This document shows, one piece after another, positions 11,731 to 25,170 of a DNA stretch of 64,000 bases. Where the stretch lies: NCBI RefSeq assembly GCF_036321535.1, contig NC_087472.1, positions 94,428,001 through 94,492,000 of the forward strand, read 5' to 3'. Position numbers and translations under genes: made by a program. Numbering within the stretch: the stretch's first letter is position 1; each line of letters begins with the position of its first letter. Source of the stretch: Camelus dromedarius (taxonomy: Eukaryota). Under the pieces are notes generated by a model. That model made no database searches and was not told where the DNA came from. It worked only from the letters and a program-made list of their open reading frames with translations.

Positions 11731-12889
11731 ATCAGCAAACTGTCATTTTTTTCCTGCAGTATTAGTTTTTAATGATTTATCTAGATTGATACAAGTTACT
11801 CTATCTAAATCATTTCATTTGTTCTGAGTTGTTTCCTGTTGTTTGTCTTTCTGAGAGCCACAAGTCATTCCTCTTCCTCCTTTTCTGGCTCCTTTTTATT
11901 TTTAAAATTCTAAACCAAAAGCACAAATAAAAATTTCAAACCTACTTATTTACTTCCCATGCCAGCATATTCACCTCCTGGTTATTATTTTTTAAATCAG
12001 AGGATTACTTTTTCTGCCCTGCCTACCTCTTTGTCCTTTGATGCAATTCTGATATTTCATCTAACATTGCTGACTTCTACGGTTCCTCTGTAGCTTAGTC
12101 TTTTTCCACAGGACATAATTCTAAAGAACACAATTAAACAGAACACAAGAGGGTTTTAAAGTAGAGATAAAAAGTTATTTCTCTACAGTAATGGTGGAGT
12201 AGATTTATACATGTTGCCTTATTGGTAGTTCCCAACCCACCACCAGAAATCAACAGCAAAAGACCTACACACTAGCAGTCTGAATTGTTGCCTGGAGTGC
12301 TGTATTTATAAATATGTAATGGAAAAGAAAAAAACAATCAAAGCCAAATTGGGTTTCACATTTGCCTTGATAACACCCTCTTCATATGGAAAGCAGCACC
12401 TCAGCTGCAGATTCTACCAACTTAGGTTCTTTGCAGTAGGAAAAATATCTAGGTGGAGGAAGCATTTCTTGCCTCCAAATATTTTACCCTTGTCTCACAT
12501 TATTTCAGGAAGAATACTCTCTAAACCTCCATACAAACTCTAATAGTAATATTTTGTGTAACTGAATTCCAGACATCATTTGAATAGTCCTTCTTTTGTG
12601 TCATCTAAAGTTTAAATCAGATTCTTAAATAGAGTTGCAGAGCAAAGCTCAGGATTTTCAAAGATTTATATTCATACGAGAGCAGTGTGTTCAATTCTTG
12701 ATGATCGTTAGTTTGAAACTAATAGTAACTCCACTCCAAACTTGAGGAATGAAAGGAGACAGTTGAATGTTTAAGTATCTAGCATGTGAATCTCCTTTAC
12801 CTCATTATTTATAATTTGTTTTTGTTTTGATCTTATAGTCCTTTTCCTCAGTTTTCTTCAATTTGTGATTGCAACCCAAACTGAATCAT

Positions 12890-13035
12890 AATTACTAAAA
12901 TTTATTAAACTGTTATTAAGCCCTTACCATATGCCAAGTATTTTGTTCATTGCTTTACACATTTTATTGAATTCTCTCAATCTATTTATGAATCAGTAAT
13001 GCCCCATTTTACATATGAGGAAACTGAGGTGTATA
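12890..13035 (-). mobile_element. MIR SINE remnant
   Basis: Core 'gccccattttacatatgaggaaactgagg'. Confidence 0.7.
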
Positions 13036-13366
13036 AAGACTTTCAGACACATTATTTATAACAAAATCTATCATTGTGTTTATTCAGCTTCAGACATTTG
13101 AAACAAAGTAAAACCGAGAACACACACATAACAGTTAAAAACATTATTTAGTCATTACACAGTTAAAAATCAACAGAAATATAGAGAGACATAGTAAATT
13201 AATTACATGGAAACTCTCTTTAAATAAGTCTGTTCAATCCCGAAACCAATATCAAATTGAGACTAAGCTATCTTCTAATTAAAATATTTTAACTAAAATA
13301 TCTTTGTTTAACAAAAATATCTTTCTTCATACCTTATTTAATTCTCTATATGAATTGTAGGAAACT

Positions 13367-13740
13367 GTAATAAAAAAAAAAGTCCTCTGCATACTTTATA
13401 GACTTTTAGAATGTTGTTTTTGTTTCCTGGCATTGGAGTTAAATTGACATGAGACAGATTAACAGGAGAAAACCAAACACAAGTTTAATAACATGTAGAC
13501 ATGGGAGAGACCCAGAAAAACTGAGTCACTCACCAAAATGGCTGAAATCATCACCTTAAATATCATCTTCAGATAAAGACAAAAGAGGATTCTTGGGGTT
13601 TGTGGTTTGGGATTTCAAAGTTGGGGAAGACAATTCACAGGGAAATGGAAAAGCAAATGTTTGGTAAATAACATTTACTTGGCCATACGGATAAATTGGC
13701 TATTTGGTGGGAAGCTTTTCAAAAGAGGGATTCAAATGAG
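13367..13740 (-). mobile_element. ERV1-class LTR fragment (MER41-like)
   Basis: 'aaattgacatgagacagattaacaggagaaaacc' matches the motif in the LTR at ~33048-33080. Boundaries approximate. Confidence 0.55.
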
Positions 13741-14419
13741 ATTTTCCTTTCTTTCTTTGGGTCCGTCACTTCTAGAGCCTCAGAGATCTCCTATGAGCCT
13801 TCTGCAACAAGCCTAATAGACCTGTGGGGTGGCAAGCGGTCTTAGTAGTCAGTACTGGAAGTGACATATATCACGTCTGTTCACATTCTGTAAGCCTGTC
13901 ATGTGACTCAACCATGTGACTCAAGCTTAACTCCAGGGGTTTGTGGAAAAAGAGAACTTGGATTATTTTTGAATGGCTTGGCAAGCTCTACCACATATTT
14001 TTTTTTCTTTCAGTCCAGCCCAGTACCTGACAGATACTTGCTGTTAATGAATGTTTGTTAACTTCTTAGTTTGTATTAAAAAGAACTTGAGCAAAGTAAA
14101 CATACTTCTATAGCCACAGAATACATGTTTTTGCTTTGTGCAGAGTTAATCTTGATTCAAAATTAATTGTGTATACTCTGTTAAGCCACTGGATGCACTA
14201 TATCCTTTAATCCTTATAATAATAACCCTTTATTTTGTCCATTTTTCTCACAAGGAAAACAAGGATCCTCAAGATTAAATTACTTGCCCCAAATCATATA
14301 AAGAAGGCAATCTGATTTCACTGAGCTTTGTTATTTGGTGGAGATTTTGATCATTTTCAGTTTTTAAATATTATTTTAGGTATGCAGTGTTGTCACAATA
14401 AATTTAGGAAAAAGAGCTT

Positions 14420-15690
14420 TGTGATTTAAGTAAGAAATATATATTTAGTCTTCACCCCTGTTTCTGACACGGAGTGCCTAAAACCCTTGGAATTTCCTGT
14501 GTGGTGAGAACAACTGAGATGTTTTTGTTATGTTAATGAGGTGACTTTTGGACCTAAGGATGGGGGCTGGTTGCCAGGGGAACCAACTAAATGATTAGAA
14601 AGTTGGAACTTTCAGCCCCTCCACCCCACCTCTGGGGAGGGGGAAGGAGGGCTAGAGGTTGAATTAATTGCCTATGGCCAATGGTTTAATCAGTGATCTG
14701 TCCACCAAAACACAAAAAGACTGGGTTTGGAGAGTTTTCAGGTCGGTGAGCCTGTAGAGATGGGGGAAGTGGCGCACTGGAGAGTGCACGGAACCTCTGT
14801 GCCCTGTCCCCATACCTTGCCCTGTGAAGGAAAAGCCGGGCTGGTCTAACAAGATAACTCACAAGTCTAGGAATGTGCAGGAGAGGCTGGGCTGGGCTGG
14901 CAGGATAACTCACAAATCTAAGTATTGGAATACTGATCTGAGTTCTGCTAGACTAACTTGTAAATCTAGGTTAATTAGTGTTGGTTTGCTGTTTATGTTT
15001 TTTGCTAGCCAGCTGGATTTTCAAAGATACATATCTGGCTTTGGAATGTTGGTTTGCTGCCTCCCCACCTCCACTTTTGTGATGATAATGCTGCTAAAGC
15101 TGTTCCACGCCTATTGGCCAAATACCCCAAGCTTGTACTTTACCCTATAAAACCTGATGCACACGTCTTGGAGGTGCTCAGAGCTTCGGAGCAGAAGCCC
15201 CTCTGAGCCCGCCAGCGTAATACATCTGAGTACTCCAACCCTCCGAGTGGTGCTTGTTTCTTGACTGGCCTGTCGTTTCCGTAACAGCCCTATGCATCTC
15301 TTCCATCTGGATGTTCCTGAATTAAATTCTTTTATAATAAACTGGTGATCTAGTAAGTAAAATGTTTCTCTGAGTTCTCTGAGCTGCTCTTGCAAATTAA
15401 TCGAACCACATGAGGGGGTCTTAGATACCTCTGATTAATAGCCAGTGGGTTAGAAGTACGGGTAAAACCTGGCCTTGTGACTGGTGTTGGAAGTTAACAG
15501 TGCTGGTGGTGGGGAGGGCAGGGCAGAGTTGCAGTGTCCTATGGGACTGAACCCATAACCTGTGGAATCAATTTTACTGCTGGGTAGGTAGTGTCAGGAA
15601 TGAGTTGAATTGTTGGGATCCCACTGGTGTCCCAAGAATTGCTTCTTGTTGTGGATAACCCTCTCTGACATTGCAATTAGTAGCAGAACC
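14420..15690 (+). mobile_element. MER21-family LTR, interrupted at 14823-15286
   Basis: 'cctaaaacccttggaatttcct', 'ggatgggggctggttgccaggggaaccaac' and 'cataccttgccc|tatgcatctcttccatctgg' (rejoined across the insert). AATAAA at ~15337. Confidence 0.85.
14823..15286 (+). mobile_element. Young-looking solo ERV1 (gammaretrovirus-like) LTR, 464 bp
   Basis: TG...CA termini. Perfect 4-bp TSD GCCC (14819-14822 and 15287-15290). TATAAAA at 15146-15152, ATTGG at 15113-15117, AATACA at 15219-15224. CpGs retained. Confidence 0.9.
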
Positions 15691-16149
15691 AAGTTAAGCT
15701 TTTATTCTCTTAGGTGGAAACCATGTTAAGACAGGAAAAGAGAAAGATTTGGAGCTGGTTGAATAACGGCCTTGTACTCTAAGGCAGGTATAGAAGCAAA
15801 CTCGATGGCGTTGACTTTAAATATGCTTACTAATACTCTGCATTTTTTTGAAATAGGCTAGATGGTGTTTCATCACCCTAGCTGCTGGCTTAGCTGTTAA
15901 TATAGGGTATTCTGTCAGTCGTGTTAAAAGTAGTGCACCAAAATGTTAAAATGGAAGATAGTGTTCTGAATTTTCTTCATTAAATAATCTCATGTCCATA
16001 CCTAAGAGAGAACATTTTTCATATAGCCTCTCTCCACTACTGGGACACACTGAATACCCTTAATCAGATCCTGGGGGTTAGTATCATATAACATTGAGGT
16101 ACAAGACTGGTCTACTAAGCACAATTTAGGAGATTGTTATGTCTTCTTG

Positions 16150-17495
16150 GAGAATTGTCTCCTGTATCATAATGTGATGGTCTTCTTCATTCCATTAATT
16201 TTTTTTGCTCTGAAGTCTCCTTTATCTGAAGTTAATACACCTCTTCTAGCTTTCTTTTGATTAGTGTCAGCATGGTACATATTACTCCATTTTTTACTTT
16301 TAATCTGTCTGTGTCTTTACATTTACAGTAACTGTCCTGTGAACAATATTCTTGTATTCTTACCCACTCAGATAGTCTCCATCTTTTAATTGGTGTATTT
16401 AGACCATTCATATTTAAATTAATTATTGATATAGTTGGATTAATGTCAACTACATTTTAACTGTGTTTTTCACTTTCTGCCATGCTTTCTACTTATTTTG
16501 TTGAAAGACATGAGGTGTTGTGTAAAAGGAACTGAGGTAAATAGGTCTTTTATGTGAGGTTTTAGGTTTATCTGGCTATGTGTTAGGCTGTGTTTATTGT
16601 TTACCATAGTGTTGGTATCAGAGGCTAAAGTGTTCTGGTTTTGTCTCCCCTATTCTGTTTAGGTTTTCCTAGAGACTCGAATAGAGCCTGAGCCTTGGAA
16701 TTCTTTTCAGCTGCAATGCCCTTCTATCATTCAGGAGCCCTGCTGATGTAGAGGTAAGTAAGGGGCAGAGGGGAAGTGTTCTGTAGTCCTAGGATTAGGT
16801 CTCAATGTTTTAGTGGGCCTGTGGCCCTGGACTGTGACCTTCACAAATGCTTCTCAGCTTTTTCATACATTATAGGATGGCTAGAATGGACTGGATTTGG
16901 GTTTTTTCCTTCCCCTGCCATGGAAGGCTAGAAGGGCCTGAGGTTGGATATTTCTCTTCCCCAGCCTAAACTGGACTCTGTTAATGCCCACATTGGTTAG
17001 GCTCTGGTAAAAATAATTTTCCTTGAGGGCGGTCTTTTGTTAATGAGAACAGACCCTATAGGTGTATTTCAAAATGGGTACTTTTCCCTTCCCGCTGTTA
17101 GATGCACAAGGAGATTTTTCTCTCATTTCAGTCTGAAAACCTAGTGGTAAAATTCAATACCTGGTGGTAAAAGCATAGAGACCTCCACTAAGGGTGGGCC
17201 CCCAGGAGTTTTTCTCTCTCAAATTAGTAGACACTCAGTCTACAACAATCATTCAGCTACCCCTTAAATGTTTCTACCAGTCTCCACCTGTGGCTTCTGC
17301 TCCTGGGAAGCTCAGATTCTCTGTATCCATCTCTCTCTCTCTCTAGGTTTTGGACCAGCAGATTACCCTGTGACCTCAATTCTCTAAAAGATCTCACATA
17401 CTTTGTTGATTTTCAGTTTGTACAGCTTTTTGTGAGGAGGGGGGTTTATGACTTCTAAGCTATTTATATGTCAGTCTGGTAACCAGAACTCACCA
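16150..17495 (-). mobile_element. Old L1 (L1MC-like) ORF2 start joined to 5'-region sequence
   Basis: 'tgaagtctcctttatctgaagttaatacacctcttctagctttcttttgattagtg' (antisense ORF2 EN start), then L1MC 5'-end-like sequence from ~16510. Confidence 0.6.
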
Positions 17496-18058
17496 TAGTT
17501 TGTGGGAAGTAATGTTCAAGTCTATTTCCTTTAAAAGTTTCCTGCTGAATAGCAAGGAGTTCTAAATATTTTGAGAAAAAATTTGTCTTGGAAAAATATA
17601 TATATATATATAATTTCTTAATAATTAGCCAACTTTGTAAAGAGTAAACCCAAGAATAATTAAATGTATGATAGTTATTTGGGTCAAAATTATTTCAAAA
17701 TCCTCATTTCAATTCACATAACCTAGATTCCCTCACTTTCTGTCTTTCAATCACCAGTGTGAACTACAGACTAGAGGTTCCATAATTATTCATTTATTAT
17801 AGGTTAATTGCACTAATTTTTTAAAGCAGTTTGACTACATTATTATGGAGTAACCTAATCAGAGCAATCTGACCATTTTTCACATAAGACATCAGTTGAA
17901 GTCTGCTCAAGTTATTTTTAGAGAATATCTGTCTTGTCGGTTGCAAAGGACTTCTGTGACATTTAAAAGTGCCCATACAATTATTTAGAGGTACTCAACT
18001 GCAATGTGGTAGATTTTCGAAACAAGTTATCTTACTTGTACAGCAAATTGTGAATAGG

Positions 18059-18460
18059 TGTGTCAGAGGTTGGGTTCCCTGGGAAGCCAATCTGAGACAC
18101 AGTTTAGTTTGCAGGGGTTTTTTTTATGCGAGAGTGCCTTTGGGATCCAAAGCTGTGGAAGGGAGAAGGCAGGAGTGGGAGGAGGGAGAAGTCCAATTTT
18201 GAGACAGGGCCATCCAGAATCTCAGTCCATCCTGTGGGGAAAGTTCTAGAATTAGACTGGTCCTTTAGAATTATCCCTCTAGGGATCAAAAGGCTAGGCC
18301 TTATACCCTCATCTTAAGCGATCATTGGACCTGGGCTGCCTGAGAGAGGCGTGACCTTGAGTGAGGCAGCTGAAATAATACTTAAAGGAGCTGAGAGTAA
18401 CTGGAGTGGCAGGTCCTCCTTTGAAAAGAAGCTATGTGTTGCATCTCTGCTCATGATGAC
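18059..18460 (-). mobile_element. LTR16-family (ERVL) LTR
   Basis: 'tgtcagaggttgggttccctgggaagccaatctgagac...cattggacctgggctgcc...ggcgtgaccttgagtgaggcagct'. Confidence 0.75.
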
Positions 18461-20001
18461 CTGATAGTTGGATCAAAAGCACATTTCATTACATACTTCA
18501 TTTAAATATGATTTGAGGTTAAACAACAGTCAGGGGATTGAGAGACCTTTATAACCTCAACAGATATTCATTGTTATGTGAGATTAGCCAACATAGAGGG
18601 CAGATATTCCTTTCACAGGCAATTTTTACAAAAGAATGCATTACAAGCAAAAAATAATAGGACAGAAATTTAAAACACAATATGAGCCCAGTAAAAGTTG
18701 CTCTTACAGTGCAGTGCTCTTTTTGTTTTGATAAAATTAAAGTTAAGATGTTTGATAGCATCTTGCTAAAATGTATTATGTGTGCTATTACTTTTATAGT
18801 CAAAGTGAGATGAACACAATTTGAATTTTTTTTAAATGATCTTTGGTCAACATCTTGACTACATATTATATTACATTCAGTATGTTATATATAAAATTGG
18901 TGTGTGTCCAAGAATTCCCCAAGAGGGTGGCCCGGACTGGGTTGCGAAAGTGACTGTAGGGACGGTATATGTTAAAAGGTTGATTTGGAAGAATTTCACA
19001 CTGAGCTAAGGAGAAATAACAGTGTAGCTGAGAAAGACCCAGATGTTCATTGAGCTGAAGGTTGAGCCAAGGTTTTCCAGTTGTTTTAAGGCCAGGATCT
19101 TGAAGGGTTGGGAAGAAAATGATGGAGAACTGGATTGAGACTATTGGAAAGGCAGGTGGAGAACCTCTTTAAGAGTAATCATCTAGGCTGAAAAGATGTG
19201 ATGATGCTCGGAGTTTGTACTATACCCAAGAGAATATACTATATGAATATTACACGATTAAAATTTCTTAAATCTGCTTTCTTTGTGTTTATACTTCATT
19301 CAACATGTATTTATTGTTTTCCCACTATTTTGTGAGCTGTTATGAAAATTTTGAATCTTAATTTTTTATTTTGTAACGAAACATATGTAGAAGTCAGTGA
19401 AAAAATCCAATATATTTATAAATTCCCATTTATTCACCATACTCTTAAACTTACTGGATCTAAAATCAACTGTACTTTTCTCCTCTCTTAGTTGCTTTCA
19501 CATTTATGAAATAGTAATGAAATTATGCAGCTTGGACATTTTTGGTAACATGTATGTCTTTACCACTGACTTACGTAACAAGCAATTAAGAATAGACATT
19601 ATGTAGAACTCTACAATATCTTTTCTTAATTTTTTTTTGTCAAGAGCATATATTTATGAAACTTTCAACACCAAACCTTAAAGGTTTTAGTGAGGGAGCA
19701 AAGTAATAATTCATTTCTATTTTGTACTTTATTAATTCTTAGTATTTTGTAGTGCCATTGAAACAATTTAAGTTCATCTGTGGAAATTTAATTTCACACT
19801 GGAAATATGACAAAAGATGTAATTTTAAAATATTTTGTAGCAGTAGAGATAAAGAAAAGATAGGTGTCTATATAGTCTTCTCATATCCTGGGTTGAAGGT
19901 GAAGATTAATTATAAGGATAAGATGTTAGACCACAGAAAGTGTGAATTCCATTGGGGGAATTTTTATGACGTTCTAAACCAGCACTGAAGTATTACTGTC
20001 T

Positions 20002-20035
20002 ACTGATTTTTCTAAGTGAACTGATTTTTCTAAGT
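20002..20035. repeat. 18-bp-period tandem duplication
   Basis: actgatttttctaagt starts at 20002 and 20020. Confidence 0.9.
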
Positions 20036-22157
20036 TATTCTCTATATAGAAATAACTACTTTTAGAATTTAGGGAAAGGAAGTAATATATTTTTTCTACA
20101 AATTTTGAACTCTGCTTCCCCAAACAAACAAAAAAAGAAGTATTTTGATTAGTTATAAACATCAAATTTTGGAAAAATAACCCTTTGAAAGTAGCATGCA
20201 GTAATGTAAAACACTTCCTTAAAGACTCAGAATTTGCATTTCAAAGGTATAACACGTTTTTCTTTCTTATTCTTGGTTTTATAAGGTAGCACAATAATAT
20301 CTTAAAATAATCTTAAAAGATTTTATTGATTTCATTTGGATAAATATTTCAAATTCTCACTAGAAAGACAATATGAGCTTTTTTATTGAAAGATTTATAA
20401 GAAATAAAATAGTATGCAAATATTACTTAGTGTATAAATACGTTAGATGTTTTTAGTTTAGTTCCCAAAACATTGTGGCAAAATGAATGCTACTGTCCCC
20501 CCAATCTTGATTTCAGTTGTATTATTCTGAAGTGCAATCGTTTCCGTAAATTAAGCATATTATAATTGCTGTCAGAATCAAACCAGTTTCTTGAAAAAAA
20601 CTGAAAGGTAACTTTAGTCAAAGATGTTGCATTAAATTAAATAAATAGCAACAGTGATTTCATTTAGATACAATCTCACTAAGGAGTGCTAGAAAACTCT
20701 ACATTTGCTTTAAGGTTTGAATATCCTAATCTGTGGAACCTGAAGCTAACATACACTTTTCCTATGCACGCGTGCTTTAAGCATTTTGGAAGCAAGGACC
20801 TCAAAAGATTGCTTTCCGTCCATAAACCTGCATGCTTCCAAAGCTTATTCATATCTTGAATTTTAGTTATTCCCAATGTGCTGGCATGGTGGCTGTATTT
20901 TAGCTATTGATCTTGAAGACAACGGAGGAGAAATTTTAATGCACTTTATGGAAGCATAGCCATTATTTTAAAATTATTAAAGTTCAGAATCACTACACCC
21001 ATTCCCCTAAATAAACTGCCTGTGTCTTGTTCTTCTGCTTCTCTTTAAGCTTGATTACATCTCTGCTCAATTACAGAAATGAGCTTTTAATTGGACTTCC
21101 TTAATTAGAAGCTTGGCGTTTGCAGAGCACAACTGCTCACTTACTCCTTACGAATCAGTTAGGTCTGATCTATGTGAATGCAATATGAAAGAATGAGGAA
21201 GATTGGAGAGGTCTTTGCAGGTATAATGGGATCCCGAATGCAGGCTTCTAAATTACAAATGATATACAGTGTTTAGCCATATCCAATCCTGTCATTTTAT
21301 TTGTGTCTTGGTGTCCGATAGTCCTTACAAGCTATCTGTAAATGTAAATGTTTTAAATTACCTTTATCAAAAAAAAAATGACAGTATGGTATATTAAAAA
21401 TTGAAACATGCTCATTTATAAAAATTCAAATACTCAAAAATTCTAACCATTTTACAAAAATAGAATCATACTCTATGTGCACTTCTTAAATTACAAAGTA
21501 TTTTTGTGGCAACAAAATAAAATGAACTGAAGGGAAATATGGAATAGCAGCCCTTCAGATAAATGTTTATTTGAAAAATTGAAATATGACTAAATTAAAA
21601 AATAGATTTGCAAAAACATTAAGAATTTGGAGCCATTTTGGTGTTAATACATGTTTATGCTTCCAATCTACATGATATATTTTAACACCTTTCTGGGAAA
21701 TTTTGAGAAAATTGACACTCGGCCACTTATTCCAACTTTACCTTTACCATCCTCAGCTTTTATTCACTTATAATACTTTTACTGTTGTGAAGTTTTATAA
21801 TGCTTATGTACATTTTTCTAACTCTAAACTTAAAATAGCATCAATCCTGTAAATTTAAATTGATTTATTTCTTATCCCCAAGTTTACACCATTCCTGATT
21901 TCTTTATTTTAAATTACACAACTAAGTAGTTGTATTTCATGATCAGGTAGTTTTTGGTTGTGAGTTTAATTTACAAGAAGGAAGCTGTATTTTCTGGTTA
22001 TTATATGCCTTAGAATATTTGCAATTGTCTTTTCACTTGAAGAAAAACTTGGCTGGGTATGAAATTCTTGGAACTTAGTTTCTCCCTCACTATGGAGTAA
22101 CTGCTACGTAATCTTCTTGAGTTGAATGCTGATTTGTAGAAGGCTGAAGTCAATATA

Positions 22158-22383
22158 CAGTTGACCCTTGTACAACATGCGTTGGAACTACATGGATTCA
22201 CTTATATGCAGATTTTTTTCAATAAATACAGTACTACCCAATCTGCACTTGGTTGAATCCGTGGAAGCAGAATCGAGTATATGGAGGGCCAATTGTGAAG
22301 TTACAGGCAGACTTTTCACTGGGAGGGAGGGGTAAACCAGGGGGGTGGTGCCCCTAACCCCTACATGGTTCAAGGGTCAACTC
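22158..22383 (+). mobile_element. MER8/Tigger2-derived MITE, inserted in an ancient antisense L1-like remnant
   Basis: TA followed by TIR 'cagttgacccttgtacaac' on the left, and 'gttcaagggtcaact' on the right. Confidence 0.85.
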
Positions 22384-24207
22384 CACTTTTCATCACCTTG
22401 TGCATGACTTGCTTTTCCTCTGCCAATGTCCATTTATATAGTTTTAATACACTTAATGTTCAGTGGTTTGCTGCCATATGCCTTGGCACTCAGCATTTCA
22501 TTTCAGTTTTTCTAGAGACAGTGTGTCCTTTTGGTATATCCATTAAAATCTTTATTTCAGTGAAAACTTCTGTTTTACTTTTAAATACTTTTTATGTTTA
22601 TTTTTTATTCCATATTTATCATTTCTGTAGTTCTTGATTATTCTTCAGGTCTAATCTTTTCAGTTTTGGGTTGATAGTAATCTCATGTTCTTCATTAGGT
22701 TTTCATTCATGTCTGTTCCACTTGTGTTGATTCCAATGCATCTTTAATCTCTGAAATTGTTTTTTTCTTCCTTGGCTTCCTGGGGTCCTAGCAACTCACA
22801 ATTTATTTTCTTCTCTCTACTGAAGTCTTTATTATGTTCTTTAAAGCCTGTATACAGAACATTGAACAATTTTGTGCTTTTTTTGTGAAAAATAATCTTG
22901 TCACTAATTTCTTTAAGATGATGAAAAATTACTTTTTGGAATGCTTTTTTTTCATGGTGTAGTTTTTCTTTTGTTGTGCTTCCTTTGGAGGGTGTGTGTG
23001 TGTTTTTTTTTTTACAATTCATGCTGGTTTCATCATCATTATTCAAATTTGAATGTGAATGACTACTTACTAAAAATCGTATGTATACATTGTTCTGGAA
23101 GTAATTATTTGTTATGGAGTTTGGTCTTTAGAGAATATTATGGGCCTTACACAAGTGTTGTAGGAAATATTACCATCAGAAGGACATTTGTGTCTGCAGA
23201 GGAATATTTACTATAATTTTCTGATAATAAAGTTATAATTCCATAAATCAATTAAAATATTTAAATATTCTGTACAAATAATATTAAAATAAATACACTA
23301 AGTATTGCTATATATTTAAATGTCTATTGCAAACCTAGATGCTCTTTTATTATTTTTCTATAATTTTTTTTATTATAGCAGCTTTATTTGTCATAGGCAA
23401 AACTGGAAACAACACAAATGCCCATCAACAAATAAATGGAAAAACAAATTGGAGTATATTCACACTAGGGAATATCAGTCAGCAATAAAAAATGAACCAT
23501 CAATGCAAAGAGCAACATGTATCAAACTTAGATGCTCTTAAATGTCTCTATACAATGGTAAGTCCAATGTGTCAAAGATTCTCGATTCCTTCCAATACCT
23601 TCATCATATACAAAGTTTTACTATGATAATAAAAGTTATTACAACATATACACTTAAACAAATATTAAAGTATCAACACTGAAGACTGGTCCTATGTCTT
23701 TAATAACTCTGTACAGTGTAATTCTACCTGAGGTTATAGAAATACTAGGAGATCCTGAAGAGAAACAGTGCTATGTCAGATCAGACATGGTTGCTGATTC
23801 TGGCCAAGCCATAGGCTCTAATTTTATCTTTGAAAGGGATTCACACATCAGTAAAAATTTACTGGCTGGGTCCCTCGTAGAATTAAGATTCATTGCTAAT
23901 TCAACTGGAATTTCCAAATCCATGCCTCAAATTGTGTATCTCTCTCAACTTACATGCCCATCAAGTTTTGACCTGGGAATAGTCTTCCTCAGTTTAAAGT
24001 TCATTCATAATATCTTACAGGAATTTTTTATTAGATACTAGGCTATCTAAATGTGTCTGCTCCAAGAAAAGCATGCATTATGTCTATGTGATCAGCTTTT
24101 GCCTCTGGATTTTTAGCTAATCTATCATCTTGCTACTCATCACTGTACTTTGATTTGTCAGGTCAGTGTGTCTGAACACCAGTGCTGTTTATTCCTCCTG
24201 ATTTTAT

Positions 24208-24320
24208 TTTATTTTATTTTATTTTTATTTGTTTATTTTTAATGGAGGTACTGGGGATTGAACCTAGGACTTCATGCATGCTAAACATGTACTCTAGCAC
24301 TGAGCTATACCCTCCTCTAT
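24208..24320 (-). mobile_element. tRNA-Ala-derived SINE (camelid vic-1 type)
   Basis: Antisense tRNA-Ala-like body with A/B boxes and a T-rich tail. TSD tcctgattttat at 24196-24207 and 24321-24332. Confidence 0.85.
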
Positions 24321-25170
24321 TCCTGATTTTATACAGTGCCTAACTAACTTCTGAGAATTATTGTCGCTCTCCTACAGCTCCTTACGGCCGGTATTCCTTA
24401 CTTAAAGGAGATGCAAATCTGTATAGCATCCCATAACTAAAGTGAAAAGAAAACAAAAAACTTAAGAAATTCTCAATAGGTTGCCGTTGTATTTAAGCAT
24501 ATTCTTCTATTAGAGTCATATTCTTTTATATTTATAATTAACTTTTGTACCTTTTAAATTAACTTTTCCATTTGCCAGTATCATTATGTACCCAAGGCTT
24601 TTCACAGATAAAACTAGTTCCAAATAATTGTAATTATTATTCTCTTTTTGATTTTTTAGTCTTTCACAACTTGGCCTGTGGGAGCTTTTATAGGGTACAG
24701 CTTTGATCTTTTAACCCTACTGTAGATCTGTTTGAAAGGCATCTTTCTTTTCTGGCAGCTAAGTCTTCCAATTCATTATTTATTTTTTTCCTGCCTCAAG
24801 ACATTAAATCAGTTACTTACCCCAGTGCACAATACTTTTGAATTAAGAAAAACTTTTAGAACTGTAGCAATTAGAACTATATTCAGGTGCTGGTAACAAG
24901 GTTGAGGAATGACATTTATTTAAACAACTTAGGTTTTTTTTTTTTCCCTTACTCTCAGGAAGAGTTTCAGAAGTCAGCAGTCCAGTATTAATTATAATAT
25001 TAAATGGTTTTGCCTTCTTGTCACTCTCAGGTCTCTGTTTTGGCATATGTGTATAATAACAATCATTCAATATTTTTTTTTAAGTCCACACATTTCTTTT
25101 CATTCCAAAGTATTTCTTAACAGTATCAGTGCATGTATGCTGGTAGAGTGGCTTCCCCCCACCACCACTA

